Source of the DNA: the human T2T-CHM13v2.0 reference genome, Homo sapiens
DNA length: 64,000 nt
NCBI RefSeq assembly: GCF_009914755.1
Contig: NC_060925.1
Reading direction: 5' to 3' (one strand)
In this document: one piece after another, positions 60,740-64,000 of the stretch
Layout: every line of letters begins with the position of its first letter
Numbering within the stretch: position 1 is the first letter of the stretch
The notes under the pieces: generated by a model
The model's input: only the letters and a program-made list of their open reading frames with translations
The model's database searches: none
Told to the model about the DNA's origin: nothing
Made by a program: the position numbers and the translations under genes

Positions 60740-62847
60740 TACTGTAACTACTGTGTGCTTCGTGTCAGAATGTTGAGGCACTTGTGCTACAAGGATAAGT
60801 AAGACATGGTCCTTTGCCTTTGCGAATACTGTGATTAGCTTAAGAAGATAGGAGATACATGGGATATTATAAAAGGGAGTCGTTCTGCCTGGGCAAGGTT
60901 GAGGAAAGCTTCACAAAAGAGATAATTGAGCTAGGCCTCAAAGACAAGAATTTGCGAGTCAAGGAGGTTATGAGTGGGTATAATCAGGTCCAGTCACTGG
61001 AACCAAGGCCAACATTAACAAAGGAGTAAGTGGCGTGCGCTGGGAACAACAATAAGGAAGTGACGTTAGCACCAGGTGAGGTTGCAGGAGTCAGGAAGGG
61101 GGAGAGAGTGACTGATGTGATGCTGGAAGACTAAGAAAAAGCTAGATTCTGAATACCATGGGAAGATGTTTTCTCTTATTCTGGGGAAGCACTGATGGTT
61201 TTAAGAAAGCCATTGGAGTGAAGGGATGAAGATCTATTAGTGGACTAGTCTTGATGAGAGTGAGACTAGAAAGGAAGAGATAAATTGGGAAAATGAAAAT
61301 TGCCAGGTGACAAGAAGGGTGTTGAGAAGAATAAGAAAGAGAAGGAGATGATGAAAACTGTTTGCTTTAGAGACTGGGCAGGTTTGAGCTGGGGTGAAAA
61401 CTTATTAGTAGAAGTTCACCTGTAGTGTCTCTAAGTTGACCATGAGAGTCACTGGCAATGTTGACTAGATGGTATGAGTTAGGATTAGGTTTAGCCACTG
61501 TTAGATATAACTTTATCATAGTAGCTTAAAGAAGATAAAAGTTTATTTCTTCTTCCCAGAATAGTCCAAATATACACAATACATTCTGATATGATAGTTC
61601 CGTGGTGGGAGGGGGACACAGTTATAGAATCTTGCTGCTCCAGAATAGTGTGTTGTCCCTGTTCACGTGGTCTTGGGTGTGGCTGACCACTACCACCACC
61701 CAGTCATCCTGCCAGCTACTGGGAAGGGGAAAAAGAAGTGGGGGATGGGAGATATACCTGTTCTATTGAAAGACACAACCCAGAATTTTCACTCTTAAAA
61801 CTGTGGGTAAAATACACATTAAATATATTCATTTTAACTATGTACACTTTTTCTTGTATCCCACTGGCCAAAATTTAGTATTCACATAGCCACACCTAGA
61901 TGCAGGAGAGCTTGGGAAACCTGAATGACCATTTACCCAGTTAAAATTTGGGGGACTCTGTTGCTAGAGAAAAGGGAAAGAGGAGAATGGGCATTGAGGA
62001 ACAACTGGCATGTCTTCCATATAGTTGGAAATATTCGAGTTTTGAAGTGCAGAAAGGATGCAGGGTCTTCTAGAGATAGATTGAGAATTAACAATTGATC
62101 AGTAGTGTGGTATAAGACATGAAAATGGGTGAGACAGTATATAGCAAGAACAATAGCTAATATTTGAGTGCTTAGTATATGTGTACACTGTCCTAAACTT
62201 TCAGATGTTTTAATAAATGTTTTATTTTTATCATCCCCATCCTAAACAAGGAAACTGAAGCGCAGAAAGATTGTCACAGAGCTGGTAAATGATGGAGTCA
62301 GGATTTGGACCCAGGTTATTGGTTCCTAAGCTTATATTATGTTATACTTCCTAAAGATAAGTGAATCTCAACATTTAAGGCAATACAGAGCCAATAAAAA
62401 AAATAACTATTGACAAAGAAGTAGAGAATTGTGTTTGAGAAACTAGGAAAGGGTTTGAAACAGGATAGGGTAACGCTGCAGCAAGATAATGTGTATTGAA
62501 GGCTGAGGAGAGAGGCTGCTGGATTTGGGAGCTATCAGGTCACTGATGTCTTAAAACTAATTTATCCTAGGCAGTACTGGGGAATGAAGATGGGGTACAT
62601 TCTATCCAGCAGAGAATGTGAGATCAGAAAATGAGTGTGTGTTTCTCTTTGAAGAAGTTTGTTGATGAAGAGATGGGATTCAGATAAGAGAAAACAATTA
62701 ATTGGTATTAATGAGCATTAACAATTTGACAAAGTCAATTTTCTTTTCTTTGCTTTTTGCCAAGACTTTCTGGCTTGATACATTGATAAAAATTATCTTT
62801 AATTTTTTCTTCCCCTATGGATTTCTCTGTATTATGGAATTCCACAG

Positions 62848-63060
62848 GCGCTGTTATTCTAATCAGCTGGTTTCTGATCGATATGTCATGCCAGAATGTT
62901 TTATTCAGCCGGGACATCTCTGTTGTGTAAGGATTTCTGAGGATAAGTGGTGGTATCGGGTCATTATCCATCGAGTCCTTGAGAAACAGGAAGTTGAAGT
63001 GTTCTACCCAGACTTTGGAAATATTGGAATTGTTCAGAAGTCCTCCCTGAGGTTCCTCAA
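62848..63060 (+). CDS. TDRD5: TDRD5 exon 10 (Tudor core)
   Basis: ccacag|GCGCTGT ... CCTCAA|gtgagt; RRCYSNQL...WWYRVII...[10 protein letters not shown]...LRFL; 213 nt, phase 2-2. Confidence 0.95.
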
Positions 63061-63387
63061 GTGAGTTGAATTGAATTAGAACAATGGATGAATTAAATTT
63101 TGAATCACAGTGTTGAAGCTCTGTGGGGTTGGGATCTCTCTTTTCTCTTGCCTTCCTCCCTCCAATCCTTCCTTCCTTCTTCTTAGTGCATATTTGACAA
63201 CTGGGTCATTTCATTTCACAGATGGATTGTAACTCTTGTGTTATCTTTTACATGACACTGAATTTTGAATGGACGATGAGATTACGTTTTAGTCTCTTAT
63301 TAAGAAAGTGATTTTTTGGGTCATGCTAAGAGGTGCATTTATATATAGCAGGAAGATTGAACTTACATATTTGATTATCTATTGCAG

Positions 63388-63454
63388 GTGCTGCTACACA
63401 AAGCTTCCAGCTCAGGCTATCCCTTGTTCTTTGGCTTGGGTGAGACCAGTAGAG
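63388..63454 (+). CDS. TDRD5: TDRD5 exon 11
   Basis: ttgcag|GTGCTGC ... GTAGAG|gtatgt; [23 protein letters not shown]; 67 nt, phase 2-0. Confidence 0.93.
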
Positions 63455-63474
63455 GTATGTTTGCTTGTCTCCCA

Positions 63475-64000
63475 TTTAATCAGCAAACACTTGAGTGCCT
63501 ATTATGTGCCAATAACAGTTTCACATGCTCAGGATATGAAGATAAAACGTAGAACCAGCCTTCAAAGAAGTCAGTGTATAGAGTATGGAAAATAGACATG
63601 TAGACAAAAATTGTTATGCCATATAAAATTTGCTATAGGAGAGGTTTCAAGAATGAATGGTAGAGGTGCAAAAGGAAGATTGCTTGTTTCTGCCCAGGGT
63701 AATCAGGGAGGCATTTGAGTGGCACTTTGAAGGAAGATTAGGAAGATGATGAAAAAAGAAAGGCATTCCAAGCAAAGGGAGGGTAGCATGAAACATCTCA
63801 AAGGGGAGAAATTTTAAGTAGTTCTGTTTGGCTACAGAATATAGGATGAGCTACAGCGGGTGCATGGTAGAAAATGTCAAAGAAATAGGAGCCTAATGTG
63901 AAGACCCACGTTTAGAAGACTGAACATTGTCGTCCTTTAGAGGCTGGGGAGCAATTAAAGGATGTAAATAGGAAACTGCCACTGACAGATAACATGTTTT
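63475..64000 (-). mobile_element. L2 remnant
   Basis: CATTTAATCAGCAAACACTTGAGTGCCTATTATGTGCCA reverse 3' end. Confidence 0.7.

Noticed and set aside
62702-63595. N- and C-terminal extensions of the ORF-track frames overlapping TDRD5 exons
   Set aside because: They are intronic read-through beyond the splice sites; only the exon portions are coding.

Overview
Primate (human-like) genomic DNA with no prokaryotic features. The window holds the 5' part of TDRD5 (+ strand; LOTUS and Tudor piRNA-pathway gene): a CpG-island promoter at ~14.5-15.5 kb and ten coding exons. These splice with consistent GT-AG phases into 1800 nt (600 codons), and the gene continues past the window end. About 0.4 kb upstream of the promoter is a full-length ~4.8 kb processed (retrotransposed) copy of AGAP1 with 5'UTR, 3'UTR, poly(A) and a target-site duplication. 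This copy lacks exactly the 88-nt segment encoding the GTPase P-loop (apparently a skipped exon). A separate 1-nt insertion restores the frame and bypasses a nonsense codon, leaving a 235-codon ORF from the native AGAP1 ATG. This is the most interesting observation. The rest is dense interspersed repeat (Alu, L1 of several ages, L2, MIR, MaLR/ERVL, hAT and Tigger DNA transposons), plus a probable second, unidentified retro-insertion in TDRD5 intron 6. Repeat subfamily names and AGAP1 comparisons come from recalled sequences, not a database run. Exon numbers assume a single non-coding first exon.
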